A stretch of DNA of 64,000 nt from the NCBI GenBank assembly GCA_012518215.1, contig JAAYSV010000041.1, forward strand, positions 30,931 to 94,930, given 5' to 3'. Positions 1 to 9,786 of this stretch are shown here, one piece after another. This DNA comes from Bacillota bacterium (GTDB taxonomy: Bacteria; Bacillota; Dethiobacteria; DTU022; PWGO01). The notes beneath the pieces are model-generated. The model worked only from the letters and a program-made list of their open reading frames with translations. It made no database searches and was not told the DNA's origin. The position numbers and the translations under genes were made by a program. Every line of letters begins with the position of its first letter. Position 1 is the first letter of the stretch.

Positions 1-60
1 CAACCGCAAGAACATCTTTCCAAGTATATTGCCCACAAACGCTCCGAACCCTTTCCACTA

Positions 61-1035
61 TTATCGTCCCATTTTAAACGTGAGCCGCACATCATACTTC
101 AGGCGGTATTCCTTTTGGCTTTGCGCCACATGAGCATTTTCATTAACAGTTTTTTGAATCGTTTCTGCAACCACTGCCAACTCACCCTTAAGGTCCTCAT
201 GTTTCCTATCAAGAGCTGGGATGTCAAAAAGCGATTGTTCTACAATTTTTAATCCGGCAATAATCTCATCCCTATCAGAAAGCAGCCCATTCACCGCTTT
301 CACAAACAGCCCCTTGATGGTTTCCTCACTCAGATGCGGCGTTTTACACTTATCTTTATTTTTGAACTTGTTATTGCACTGATAAACAACCCTGCGGTAT
401 TTACTATTGCTGTGCCAAACCTTGGCCCCGTAAAAACCACCACACTCGCCGCAAATAATCCGGCTAGCAAATATACCATTTCCACTATACCGTTGTTTGC
501 TTTTCTTTCTTCTTTCAAATTCTTTTTGCACCATATAAAAACCTCCGGCTCGATAATAGCCGGATGGGAGTTTTCTACATAATATCGGGGAATCTCGCCC
601 TCGTTAACCTTTTTCCTTTTAGTAAAAAGTCCACTGTAAATGTCTTTTGCAGTATGGCATTGCCGGCATATTTTTCGTTTTGCAAAATACTTTTCACAGT
701 GCCTTGAAGCCATCTATCCTTTCCTCCAGGTGACAAAACACCCTCTGCGGTAAGTGTTTGGCAATAGTATGGGGTGTTGAGCCTTCAAGAAACATCCTGT
801 ATATTAACCTTACAATAACAGCTTCTTCTTCATTGATCTCCGGCAGACCATCTTCACCCTTGTCATAGCCCAGAAAGCGACTGTAAGGTAAACTAATCTT
901 CCCATCAGCAAATCTTTTTCTCTGACCCCAGGTAACATTCTCAGATATTGAGCGGCTTTCTTCTCGAGCAAGACTGGACATAATAGTGATTAGAAGTTCA
1001 CCTTTAGAATCCAGTGTCCAGATATTTTTTCTTTG
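61..1035 (-). pseudogene. Large serine recombinase (resolvase + recombinase + Zn-ribbon), 5'-truncated and frameshifted
   Basis: Three ORF pieces (694-981, 330-713, 61-534) carry consecutive LSR motifs: WTLDSKGELLITIMSSLAREESRSISENVTWG, YYVENSHPAII, IICGECG...YQCNNK. The catalytic N-terminus is missing and the C-terminal coiled coil looks internally deleted. Confidence 0.88.
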
Positions 1036-1321
1036 GGCTGCCCTTTGCTAACAAGGAAAAAAGATAATTACAAATTAAGTTGACATTGAGAATATGCGTA
1101 ATGTGGTGTAGAATTTTGATGAAGGCAATTCACCTGTGATAGCAGGTAGTTCCATTTTACAACTAACAGGGTATCCGGATACTACCGGTTCCGTTTTACG
1201 CATAAACTGGGATACACATTCCTAACATCGGCTCAACGCAACTAAAATTACCTAAACGCCAAGTTTAGTAAATGAGGTATGGGCTTCTAAGAAACTTTCT
1301 GTTTTTTGATTGTAGAAAAGT

Positions 1322-1920
1322 TTAGCATCGGTAATTACCTTTGCCACCGGTAAAAACAGTCAGTTGCAAGGTAATATCCTGGCCACCAATGGTTAACTTT
1401 GCCTCCCCCCAATCAAATTCGCAAACTTCCCCCAGCATGTAACGCTGCCTGATGAAGGCTTCCCTGCGCTTTCTTTCCGCCTCCCTGGTGAAGTTACAAA
1501 TGGTTGGATAGCTGATGTCAAATCCATCCCTGATCAAGGCTTCATGGATATCTATTTTCTTTTTTTGCTGTTTTGAGCGGCCCGTGGCCCGTTTCATTTC
1601 ATTTTCCTTTAAGTAATCTAGAACCTTTTCCATAATCTCCGGGGTTAGTTTTGTTTTTTACGGTTACTGCTGTCATAAGTGGGGTTTTCTACTATGCTTT
1701 GAATCAATTCCTCCCCCGATGAATTCTGGCTGCCAAATAGAGCCACCCTCTTGGCTTCGTATTCCTTGATGTACTTCCTGATGGTCTTACGACAAATACC
1801 AGTTTCTCGGTGGAGCGTTCGCTGGGATTTTCCATCATTGTGTCATACATAGGAAATCATAGTTTATGGTGAAGGAATTTTTAATTATTATCCTGGGGCA
1901 CTTTTTGATTAGCAGAAACA
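1322..1920 (-). mobile_element. istA: IS21-family element remnant (left end plus truncated istA)
   Basis: Minus strand starts TGTTTCTGCTAATCAAAAAGTGCCCCA...AAAAATTCCTTCA at 1920, an IS21-like end with a repeated motif. It is followed by the HTH GKSQRTLHRETGICRKTIRKYI, a frameshift in an A-run near 1655, then IHEALIRDGFDISYPTI...EAFIRQ...CEFDWGE, and stops at 1322. No istB. Confidence 0.8.
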
Positions 1921-1993
1921 GTTGCTTTGGGGTTCGTCGGCAACTACGCCCCTTGTGGACTTTCACCACAGATTGACGGCATGCCCATCATAC
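1921..1993 (-). mobile_element. Group II intron (class IIC) 5' end remnant, about 73 nt
   Basis: Minus strand reads GTATGATGGGCATGCCGTCAATCTGTGGTGAAAGTCCACAAGGGGCGTAGTTGCCGACGAACCCC, recognised as a firmicute IIC intron domain I start. It begins 4 nt after a terminator hairpin, the known IIC target. Confidence 0.75.
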
Positions 1994-2030
1994 AAACAAG
2001 CCGGGCAATTCGCTTTGAACCACCCGGCCT
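1994..2030 (-). terminator. Intrinsic terminator-like hairpin downstream of the DUF262 gene
   Basis: AGGCCGGGTGGTTC-AAAGC-GAATTGCCCGGCTT-GTTT on minus; 14-bp stem including G-U pairs. Confidence 0.7.
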
Positions 2031-2124
2031 GCTTCTAGGTTGCTGGTTATTTGTCAGACAATGGTGGGATACCCTTCTACCCCTTCGCTAACCTGAACGA
2101 CACAGTTACACCACCCCTGGTTTC

Positions 2125-3960
2125 CTACTCCACTTCGATATCCTCGTAATCTACAAAAACACCTTCTTCAATCTGTTCTACACCCCTTGGGATAGGCTTT
2201 TCCATGGCTTTTTCGATTCTTTGTAGTATTTTTTCCTTGCGATCCGTAAAAAAACTTTTAAAGTCGTCAGTATATAGAAATTCGTGTGCCAGAACATGGG
2301 ATCTTAATATATTTTGAAACTCCTCATCATTTACTCCGGCGTGTTTTTGTATTCTTGTTAAATATTTACTCGGAGCTTCGCCACTTACTATACGATTAGT
2401 ACGGCTTGATAGGGGAGTTTTGTTAATAATGCAATTGTAATCATCTTTACTGATGCCGTTTTTCCTGCACCAAGCCACGGGAAAAATGTGATGAATATCG
2501 ATAGACTCAGAAAAATAGGTGCTAATATCAATCTTTGTAGCCGAAAGCCAGTCTTTAGTTTCGTCATCCATGAGCAAAGCATAAATGCCTTTGTAAGCAG
2601 CACTGTTTCTTGTTCTTAAGGTATGCAATCGAGACGGGGAAAAATTTGCATCATAAATTGTTTTCGGCCTGGCCCCTCCTTTCTCAATCCACTCGACTAC
2701 CTGGTGTAAATCAAGGGCAAAACGGGTTTCGTTTGCTGAACCATAAAGTTCGCCTAAAACCCCACACCAGAACCATTGCATTAATTTCTTCTTATTGCCC
2801 ATATTATCAATCCTGTTCCCGAATACAGCCAAGATTGCCGACATCGGTACTAATTGGGCATTATAGGGTAAATCACGTGCGGTATATATATGATGTTCAA
2901 AAAGTATTTTTGCGGCCTTTATAAAACCCTGCACTATCGAATCCCTATGTTCTAAATAATCTTTAATCGATAGGTCAAGCATATCTTTTCTTTTACATCT
3001 AACAGCGGGCAAACCCTCAACTGGAACATCTGCCCGTAAAGAAGCCAACCTTTTTTCATATGTGGTGAGCAATGTAATGGCTTGAATAATGTCCGTATTA
3101 CTAACCTTGGCAAGTAACTTATGTTCCGCAAATTCCTTTTTGATTTTTTGCCAATCTTTTTTTAGCTCAAAATCATCAGCGGCAAAGGTAGCTGTTAATA
3201 ATTCAAAAATATCTAAGGGTACCCCACCGGTGTTGACCTTCTCAAAAACTTGGCAAACTGCCTCCTTGGGGTTATCCTTTTTCATTACTATAACCGGGAG
3301 CATATATTTATTGAAACTGTTAATAACCTTACTCTCAAAATTATCCCAGAATATGGATTTATCCCTATCATGCCGCCAGTATTCATTGAAGCCCCGTCTC
3401 CAAGTACTATAATCGTTAATCATACAAACAGGATACATAAGGTTTTTATACTCAAAATCTCTCTCTGATAAATCGAGGACAATAGTTCGCCCAAAATCTT
3501 CCCTGATTTGTTTGTTTTCATTAAGCGAAATAATCGCCTCTTCAAGATCATAATTTTCATCCATAGCCTTTGCCATATCAATATAATACCAGCGCTTGAT
3601 TTCGTAGTTTTTCTCATTCCGGGTGGTGACCACCTCATAGGTTGCAATTGTTTGATAAAGTGAGGTAATCCTCTGTTGCCCATCAAGGATAAGCAAATCT
3701 GGCTCTACATCGCTATTGAGGTTTACACCTTCCACAGGTTTTGATTTAAACCTCAAATTTTCATTCCCTGTTTCCAGAAACATAACGGCACCGATGGGAA
3801 ATGATTTTGCAACACTAGCAAGAATCCCCTTAATACGCTCATCGTCCCAAATCCAGCCCCTTTGGAAATCGGGCAGTTGTATTTTCCCTTCATGGGTATC
3901 TCTTAGTATTTCAAACAAACTCCTTTTAGTAGAATCGAATGTTTCCAAATGTGTCACCAC
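2125..3960 (-). CDS. DUF262/GmrSD-family modification-dependent restriction endonuclease (ParB-like N-terminus + HNH C-terminus)
   Basis: 611 aa; LPDFQRGWIW, LDGQQR and FEKVNTGG (DUF262 motifs); C-terminal DIHHIFP...NKTPLS...N (HNH-type). Confidence 0.85.
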   Translation of the reverse strand: MVTHLETFDSTKRSLFEILRDTHEGKIQLPDFQRGWIWDDERIKGILASVAKSFPIGAVMFLETGNENLRFKSKPVEGVNLNSDVEPDLLILDGQQRITSLYQTIATYEVVTTRNEKNYEIKRWYYIDMAKAMDENYDLEEAIISLNENKQIREDFGRTIVLDLSERDFEYKNLMYPVCMINDYSTWRRGFNEYWRHDRDKSIFWDNFESKVINSFNKYMLPVIVMKKDNPKEAVCQVFEKVNTGGVPLDIFELLTATFAADDFELKKDWQKIKKEFAEHKLLAKVSNTDIIQAITLLTTYEKRLASLRADVPVEGLPAVRCKRKDMLDLSIKDYLEHRDSIVQGFIKAAKILFEHHIYTARDLPYNAQLVPMSAILAVFGNRIDNMGNKKKLMQWFWCGVLGELYGSANETRFALDLHQVVEWIEKGGARPKTIYDANFSPSRLHTLRTRNSAAYKGIYALLMDDETKDWLSATKIDISTYFSESIDIHHIFPVAWCRKNGISKDDYNCIINKTPLSSRTNRIVSGEAPSKYLTRIQKHAGVNDEEFQNILRSHVLAHEFLYTDDFKSFFTDRKEKILQRIEKAMEKPIPRGVEQIEEGVFVDYEDIEVE

Positions 3961-4256
3961 CTTTCCTATACTCTTATCTTCCCAGCATTCCTTTTTGAAA
4001 TAGTTCTATAAATTTCCCTTTATTACCTTCTTAACGGGCTATAACTTTATATAAAAACGCTTTGTTCGTTCTTAAAATGGGCATCCACTTTAGAAGAACT
4101 ATTAAAAGGAATATAAAGATGTTACCTTTTTTACACTTTTTAACAATACCTATACTTTTAACGATTACCCTAAATTACTCCCTAGTGGTGTGTGCATATT
4201 CCCTGCAACCGATATCCTCCACATATAAAACCCCAACCAAATCTTCCCCCAAAAGA

Positions 4257-4306
4257 AAAATAAGGGCTTTCAAGGTCATCTTTATAACCCCCAAAGCCCT
4301 TATTTT
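4257..4306. repeat. 14-bp inverted repeat near the island/tRNA junction
   Basis: AAAATAAGGGCTTT (4257-4270) and AAAGCCCTTATTTT (4293-4306); possible terminator or att-associated structure. Confidence 0.55.
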
Positions 4307-4386
4307 ATGCGTTTCTAAGCACTTTCTACAATGCAAACCTGCCATATCCGTCAAACTAAAATTGTATCAATCTCGGTTACTTGATA

Positions 4387-4462
4387 TGGTGGACGTGAGG
4401 GGATTCGAACCCCTGACCTTTCGGATGCGAACCGAACGCTCTCCCAGCTGAGCTACACGCCC
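4387..4462 (-). tRNA. tRNA-Ala(CGC)
   Basis: GGGCGTGTAGCTCAGCTGGGAGAGCGTTCGGTTCGCATCCGAAAGGTCAGGGGTTCGAATCCCCTCACGTCCACCA: 76 nt, anticodon CGC, G3-U70 alanine identity pair, encoded CCA. Confidence 0.97.
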
Positions 4463-4581
4463 ACACGGCAGATTTACTCTTCAATTATATCATCCCCGGG
4501 TGGCCTTTTTCAAGAAGTTGTTTGCCCCGGCAGGCAACGGCGGCCCTTGCCACCCTGCCCCCTTCACCAATCCATTTCAGC

Positions 4582-5391
4582 TCAAAGCAATGCCTGATAG
4601 AGCTGCCGGACAGAGTCAAATACATAGTCGGGCCTGTCCACTGCATCGGCAACATCTTCACGGGTGGATTCCCCGGAGAGGACCAGGATGGAAGTTATGT
4701 TGCCTTTCCTGCCCAGCCGTATATCCGTATAGAGCCGATCCCCGATGATCGCCATCCGGCCTCTATCAACACCCCGGGTATGCCGGAAATATTCAATTAC
4801 CTGCGGGTTCGGCTTGCCCACTACCTCCGCCGGCGGAATATCCGTGGCCGCCCTGACAAAGGCAATGATCGCACCGCAATCGGGCATGTAGATTCCATCA
4901 CCAAGGGGGCAGTTCAGGTCGGGATGGGTGGCAATGTAGGGCACCCCATCCCTCACAAGGCGGCACACGTCAAAAAGTTTGTTGTAATGCAGGGTGGTGT
5001 CAAAGCCGATGACCACATAATCGGGGCGGGATCCCTCCCGGTAATCATGAATGAGGTTGAATCCGGCCCGGGAAAGTTCCCGTTCGAATTGTTCCGTGCC
5101 CACGGGGTAGAGAACCGCTCCGGGATCGGTCTTCCCCAGATGGTAAATGAGCAGATCGGTGGAGGTTACCAGCTCTTCCCCGGTGGCCTCTATCCCCAGG
5201 CCACCGAGTTTTTTCAGGTAGGCCTCCGATCCCCGGGAGGAGTTGTTGGTCAGAAAACAGTATCTCTTGCCCTGCTCTTTGAGGAGATGCAAAAAATCCC
5301 GGGAACCATCGATCAGGCGATCGCCCAGGTAAATGGTGCCATCCATGTCCAGCAGAAAAAATTCGATCTCTTTCAATTCAATTGCGGGCAT
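4582..5391 (-). CDS. HAD-IIA family phosphatase (NagD-like)
   Basis: DMDGT motif I, TNNS, GKP, IGDRLYTDI. Confidence 0.92.
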   Translation of the reverse strand: MPAIELKEIEFFLLDMDGTIYLGDRLIDGSRDFLHLLKEQGKRYCFLTNNSSRGSEAYLKKLGGLGIEATGEELVTSTDLLIYHLGKTDPGAVLYPVGTEQFERELSRAGFNLIHDYREGSRPDYVVIGFDTTLHYNKLFDVCRLVRDGVPYIATHPDLNCPLGDGIYMPDCGAIIAFVRAATDIPPAEVVGKPNPQVIEYFRHTRGVDRGRMAIIGDRLYTDIRLGRKGNITSILVLSGESTREDVADAVDRPDYVFDSVRQLYQALL

Positions 5392-6200
5392 TCTTTTCTT
5401 TCACCCCGCTCTGCATCCTTGAACAAAAACAGCCCCCGTTTCGACTTTGCAAGCACTTTCCTGATCCTGCCGGGGTAATCGGTGATGACTCCATCCACTC
5501 CCATCTGCATCATCCTGTTCAGATCCTCCTCCGCGTTGACCGTCCAGGGAATAACCCGGCAGCCGAGCATGCGGGCCTGCTCCATGTATTTTCTGTTCAC
5601 CAGACGGTGATGGGGATGCAATACGGCGGGCCTGACCATATCTGCAAAGCTTCCCCTTTGCAGCAAGGAAGGGACTAGCGGAAAATGCAGCAGCCCGACG
5701 GGAATGTGGGGATCCGTTTTCCTCGTTCTGACCAGGGCAAAAGGGTTGAATGAGGAGACCACAACACGTTTGTACAGGTCATGGCGGGCCACCACAGCCG
5801 CGACGGCATCGGCGGTCTCCATGTTTGCACCTACCAGGCTCGTCTTGATTTCTATCATGATGAAAGCCTTCCGCCCCAGAGCCTCGATGACTTCCTGAAG
5901 GGTGGGGATGCGCGTTCCCGCAAATTGCCGGGAAAAATAAGAGCCGGCATCCAGCGACTTCAACTGCTCCAGGGTGCGCCTCGCCGCCAGCCCCCGTCCG
6001 TCCGTGGTTCTTGACAGGGTGTAGTCATGGATGATGATCAGAGCCTTGTCACGGCTCAGGGTGACATCCAGTTCTATCCCGTCAGCACCCCTTTCCAGTG
6101 CAGTCAAAAATGACGGGATGGTATTCTCGGGTGCTTCCCGCGGTGAACCGCGGTGCCCGAGGATCATCATTTTCCCCGGGCGATTGTTTTCCCTGAACAT
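5373..6200 (-). CDS. Glycerophosphodiester phosphodiesterase
   Basis: GHRG...ENT, IELDV, IIHD, IEIK, PWTVN, GVITDYP. Confidence 0.92.
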   Translation of the reverse strand: MFRENNRPGKMMILGHRGSPREAPENTIPSFLTALERGADGIELDVTLSRDKALIIIHDYTLSRTTDGRGLAARRTLEQLKSLDAGSYFSRQFAGTRIPTLQEVIEALGRKAFIMIEIKTSLVGANMETADAVAAVVARHDLYKRVVVSSFNPFALVRTRKTDPHIPVGLLHFPLVPSLLQRGSFADMVRPAVLHPHHRLVNRKYMEQARMLGCRVIPWTVNAEEDLNRMMQMGVDGVITDYPGRIRKVLAKSKRGLFLFKDAERGERKECPQLN

Positions 6201-7639
6201 CAAGATTCCGGTCCCTTCTCCCCGCTCTTGCCGGAAGTGTCTCCGGACAACGCAGCGATTTTCTGTTCGTGCTCTTTCAGACTGGAGAGCACCTTCTCTT
6301 CCGGATAGCGGACAAAGAAGAAAAGGCCGATAAGCGCACAGATCGAGACCACGAGCAAGCTCAACTGTACCCCCAGCGGTTCCGCAACATCCTTGCCGTA
6401 CTTGGATATCAAGAACCCGAAGGTAAGGCCCGAGAGGGCTATGACAATTTTCAGGGGAAGCGCCCGGGCCCCGTAGAACATGGCCTCCCTTCTGACCCCC
6501 GTCCGCAAGGCATCTTCCCTGGCGATGTCGGAAGTCGTGGAGTAAACCAGGGAAGAGAGGGCCGCCAGGGGAAACCCGCAGAGAACAAACAGGGCCAGGC
6601 AGACATAGACCAACGTTTCGTTCATCATGAAACTGAGTATGAAAAAGAGCATCATGGCCGCTGAAAAGAAAGCAACCGAAAACACGATCACCTTTTTCTT
6701 CCCTATCTTCTTGCCGAGGTAGCTGACAAAAGGAAAGCTGATCATGGAACCCAGCAAAGCCGCACCGGCAATGTAGGTCATGAAATCCTGATCCTTCTTA
6801 AAGATGACCACGGCATAGTACATCATCCCCAGGGTGACAATATTGACGCAGAACATAAGAAATAGTTCCCCGGTCAGGAAGGTCACAAAGTGCTTGACGC
6901 CAAAAGTCCTTTTCAGGGACTCGATGATACCCGTGTCCACGGGTTCAACGGGCAAGCAGTGTTTTTTCTCATCGTAAGAAAGAAGTGAGATATATCCCGC
7001 AATGCAAGCAATGGCCGCAAAGCCCAGTGCCGCCCACTGGTAAGATTCCCGGATCCCGACTCCCCTGCTCTGCAGATAGGTGACGATGGGCGTGAAGGCA
7101 ACGGTAACCAGCGCCACACCCAGCAACCCCAGTATGGCTATGAATGTATTCATGTTGATGCGCGTGGATTCATCCTGGCCCAATTCGGACACGAGGGCCA
7201 GAAAAGGGTTGGCATATGCCGTGAAAGCGATGTAGAAGATCGACATCACGATACCAAACCAGATCCCGTTGATGATGTTCTCGCTGCTGTTGAAAGGGGG
7301 GAAGAATATCAGGGCCGCAGCCAGGGCCATCGGCAGGGCACTGATCAATTTGAACACCTTGCGCCGCCCCAACCTGGAAGTGCTGCGGTCACTGAGTGAA
7401 GCCACAACGGGGTCGGCCAGGGCATCAAAGACACGTCCCACAACCATGACCAGACCGAAGATGGTCAGAATCCCCCAGAATGTCTGTCCGGGGAAAAGCT
7501 CGGGCAGTCCATATTCCTTGGGCGGTAGATAGTAGAATGCCGCGTAGAGAAGAATCATCCTCTCGGTAAGATTGAAGGAAAGACTGCCGACCGAATACAA
7601 TATCTGCCTGGGTAAAGTAAAAGGTGCCAGTTTCTTCAT
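6200..7639 (-). CDS. MFS transporter, glycoside-pentoside-hexuronide (MelB-like) family
   Basis: About 12 hydrophobic segments; GRVFDALADP, SRLGRR, TGVRREAMFYG. Confidence 0.88.
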   Translation of the reverse strand: MKKLAPFTLPRQILYSVGSLSFNLTERMILLYAAFYYLPPKEYGLPELFPGQTFWGILTIFGLVMVVGRVFDALADPVVASLSDRSTSRLGRRKVFKLISALPMALAAALIFFPPFNSSENIINGIWFGIVMSIFYIAFTAYANPFLALVSELGQDESTRINMNTFIAILGLLGVALVTVAFTPIVTYLQSRGVGIRESYQWAALGFAAIACIAGYISLLSYDEKKHCLPVEPVDTGIIESLKRTFGVKHFVTFLTGELFLMFCVNIVTLGMMYYAVVIFKKDQDFMTYIAGAALLGSMISFPFVSYLGKKIGKKKVIVFSVAFFSAAMMLFFILSFMMNETLVYVCLALFVLCGFPLAALSSLVYSTTSDIAREDALRTGVRREAMFYGARALPLKIVIALSGLTFGFLISKYGKDVAEPLGVQLSLLVVSICALIGLFFFVRYPEEKVLSSLKEHEQKIAALSGDTSGKSGEKGPES

Positions 7640-7971
7640 TCAACGATCCCTCTTTTCCGGTTGAATTGTTATTTTGTCCGCATCCGGGGAACAGGCGCCC
7701 GGAGAAATGCCAATGTTGCAATTCAATTATAGAGTTCTGAAATATGAATGGACACAGACTACAGATTATCAGGCTTCTCTATTTAGATTCGCACATTTTA
7801 TGCCGTTTTCCTGCATGGGAGAATAAAGATCTCCTCAAGGGCCAGTCTCCTCCACCTTCCTGTCATTGCCATGGCAGCAAACAAAACTCCGTGGAAAGGA
7901 TGTTTCCATGGTTACTGTTGCAAAAATCCTATTCTTGCCCCTCGAACAAATTGAATTGTAACCGGATGGGC

Positions 7972-8020
7972 ACCGGAGGTAGTCGGGGTAATCGAAGGTA
8001 ACCGGAGGCAGCCGGAGGCA
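7972..8020 (+). repeat. Degenerate ~10-bp tandem repeat
   Basis: ACCGGAGGTA, GTCGGGGTA, ATCGAAGGTA, ACCGGAGGCA, GCCGGAGGCA downstream of pgi. Confidence 0.45.
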
Positions 8021-8072
8021 GTCATGCCGCCGGTCAGTTTTCAGCGAATTTTTCAGAACCGGTTTGGATATC

Positions 8073-9386
8073 TCAGGGACGGCCCAGAAGGGCAAACATC
8101 CTCTTCTTGTAAGCCTCCACACCCGGCTGGTCGAAAGGATTGACACCCAGAAGATACCCGCTTATCGCGCAGGCCTTCTCGAAGAAATAGACCATCTGCC
8201 CGTAATGATACGGGGTCATCCCGCCGATTTTGACCATGAGATTGGGAACACCCCCGGCACTGTGGGCCTGCATCGTGGCCAGGCGGATCTTCTCATTGAT
8301 GTCGGAGAAAGAACGGCCGGCCAGATAATTCAGCCTGTCTTTATCTTCGTCGGCCTCCGGAACGACCATATCCGCGGCCGCCTCCCCCATCCATATCGTG
8401 GTTGCGAAGAGATCCCGCCGCCCTTCCTGAAGGTACTGTCCCATGGAATGAAGATCCGTGGAAAAATTCAAGGTGGCAGGAAAGATTCCCTTGCCATCTT
8501 TCCCCTCGCTTTCACCGAACAGCTGTTTCCACCACTCGCCAAAATAATAGAGAGAGGGCTCGTAGTTGACCAGTATTTCGGTGGTCTTGCCCTGTTCATG
8601 AAGGAGGTTTCTTGCGGCTGCATACTGATAAGCGGGGTTTGCATCCAGATCAACATTGGCACACAGGCGACGGCAATCCTCTGCCCCCTCCATGACCCGG
8701 TCGATGTCGATCCCCCCCACGGCCATGGGCAGCAACCCCACCGCGGTCAGGACCGAAAACCTACCCCCCACATCATCGGGCACCACAAATGTTTCGAATC
8801 CCTCCCCGGCAGCCATCTCCCGCAAGATACCTTTTTCCCTGTCGGTAGTGGCAACAATGCGCTCGCGCACTCCCCTCCGGCCATATCTCTCCTCGATTAC
8901 CTTGCGAAAAACACGGAAGGCCAGTGCAGGCTCCAGCGTCGTCCCTGATTTGGAGACCACGTTGACAGCTATATCCCTGTCCCGCAGCAGATCCAGCAGG
9001 TGCGTCAGATACGTACCGCTGACATGATGGCCGGCAAAAAAGACCATCGGAGTTTTTCTCTGCCGGGAGGGCAGATGATGATAAAATGTATGTTTTAGCG
9101 CCTCCAGAGCTGAACGGGCACCCAGGTACGAGCCGCCAATGCCGATTACGATCAGAACTTCGGCGATATGGCCGATCCTTGCAGCCACATCCTTGATGCG
9201 GGCAAATTCCCGGCGATCGTAATCCCCGGGCAGGTCAAGCCACCCCGTGAACTCGTTGCCCGGCCCCCGGCGACCGTGAAGAAGCGTATGCGCTTTCTCG
9301 ACCCGGGGCCTGGCCTTCTCCATCTGTTCCGGGGTTAAAAAGCCTTCCGCCATCGAGTAATCAAAACTGATGTTTTTGTTTTCCAC
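8073..9386 (-). CDS. pgi: Glucose-6-phosphate isomerase
   Basis: GIGGSYLG, SKSGTTLE, DVGGRFSV, QLFGESEGK, NPFDQPGVEAYK; probable GTG start at 9386 after GGAGG. Confidence 0.96.
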   Translation of the reverse strand: MENKNISFDYSMAEGFLTPEQMEKARPRVEKAHTLLHGRRGPGNEFTGWLDLPGDYDRREFARIKDVAARIGHIAEVLIVIGIGGSYLGARSALEALKHTFYHHLPSRQRKTPMVFFAGHHVSGTYLTHLLDLLRDRDIAVNVVSKSGTTLEPALAFRVFRKVIEERYGRRGVRERIVATTDREKGILREMAAGEGFETFVVPDDVGGRFSVLTAVGLLPMAVGGIDIDRVMEGAEDCRRLCANVDLDANPAYQYAAARNLLHEQGKTTEILVNYEPSLYYFGEWWKQLFGESEGKDGKGIFPATLNFSTDLHSMGQYLQEGRRDLFATTIWMGEAAADMVVPEADEDKDRLNYLAGRSFSDINEKIRLATMQAHSAGGVPNLMVKIGGMTPYHYGQMVYFFEKACAISGYLLGVNPFDQPGVEAYKKRMFALLGRP

Positions 9387-9786
9387 TTTTACCTTGACCT
9401 CCGTTGCCCTGTGGTAGTCCAGAAGATGCTCCGCGGCCCTGCCCAGAAACAGCATCTCTTCATATATAATATACTATCTTTTTCCTCTTTATAATAAAAT
9501 AATCGGCCAACCACGATTACCATTTCTCCAGGGGCAATGATCACGCCTCCATCAAACCACACCTGCCCGCACGGGTGGCGAAAAAATGTCCGGAATAAAA
9601 AAAAGAACCCCATGAAAAAAGGGATGGCATGATGAGATGGCAGAAACAACTCCCTGCCGCATATCAAAAAATATATATGAAAATTGACCAATGGCAACCC
9701 CCGCGCCTGCTGACTTTCCCCTGTTTTTCGGCAGGGGGCCCCGTTTCCATCCTCTACCTGCCATAAAAATGCCCCCGCCGCAACTC

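Noticed and set aside
4062-4451. 129-aa plus-strand ORF
   Set aside because: It runs antisense through the tRNA (MVDVRGFEPLT is a typical tRNA shadow translation).
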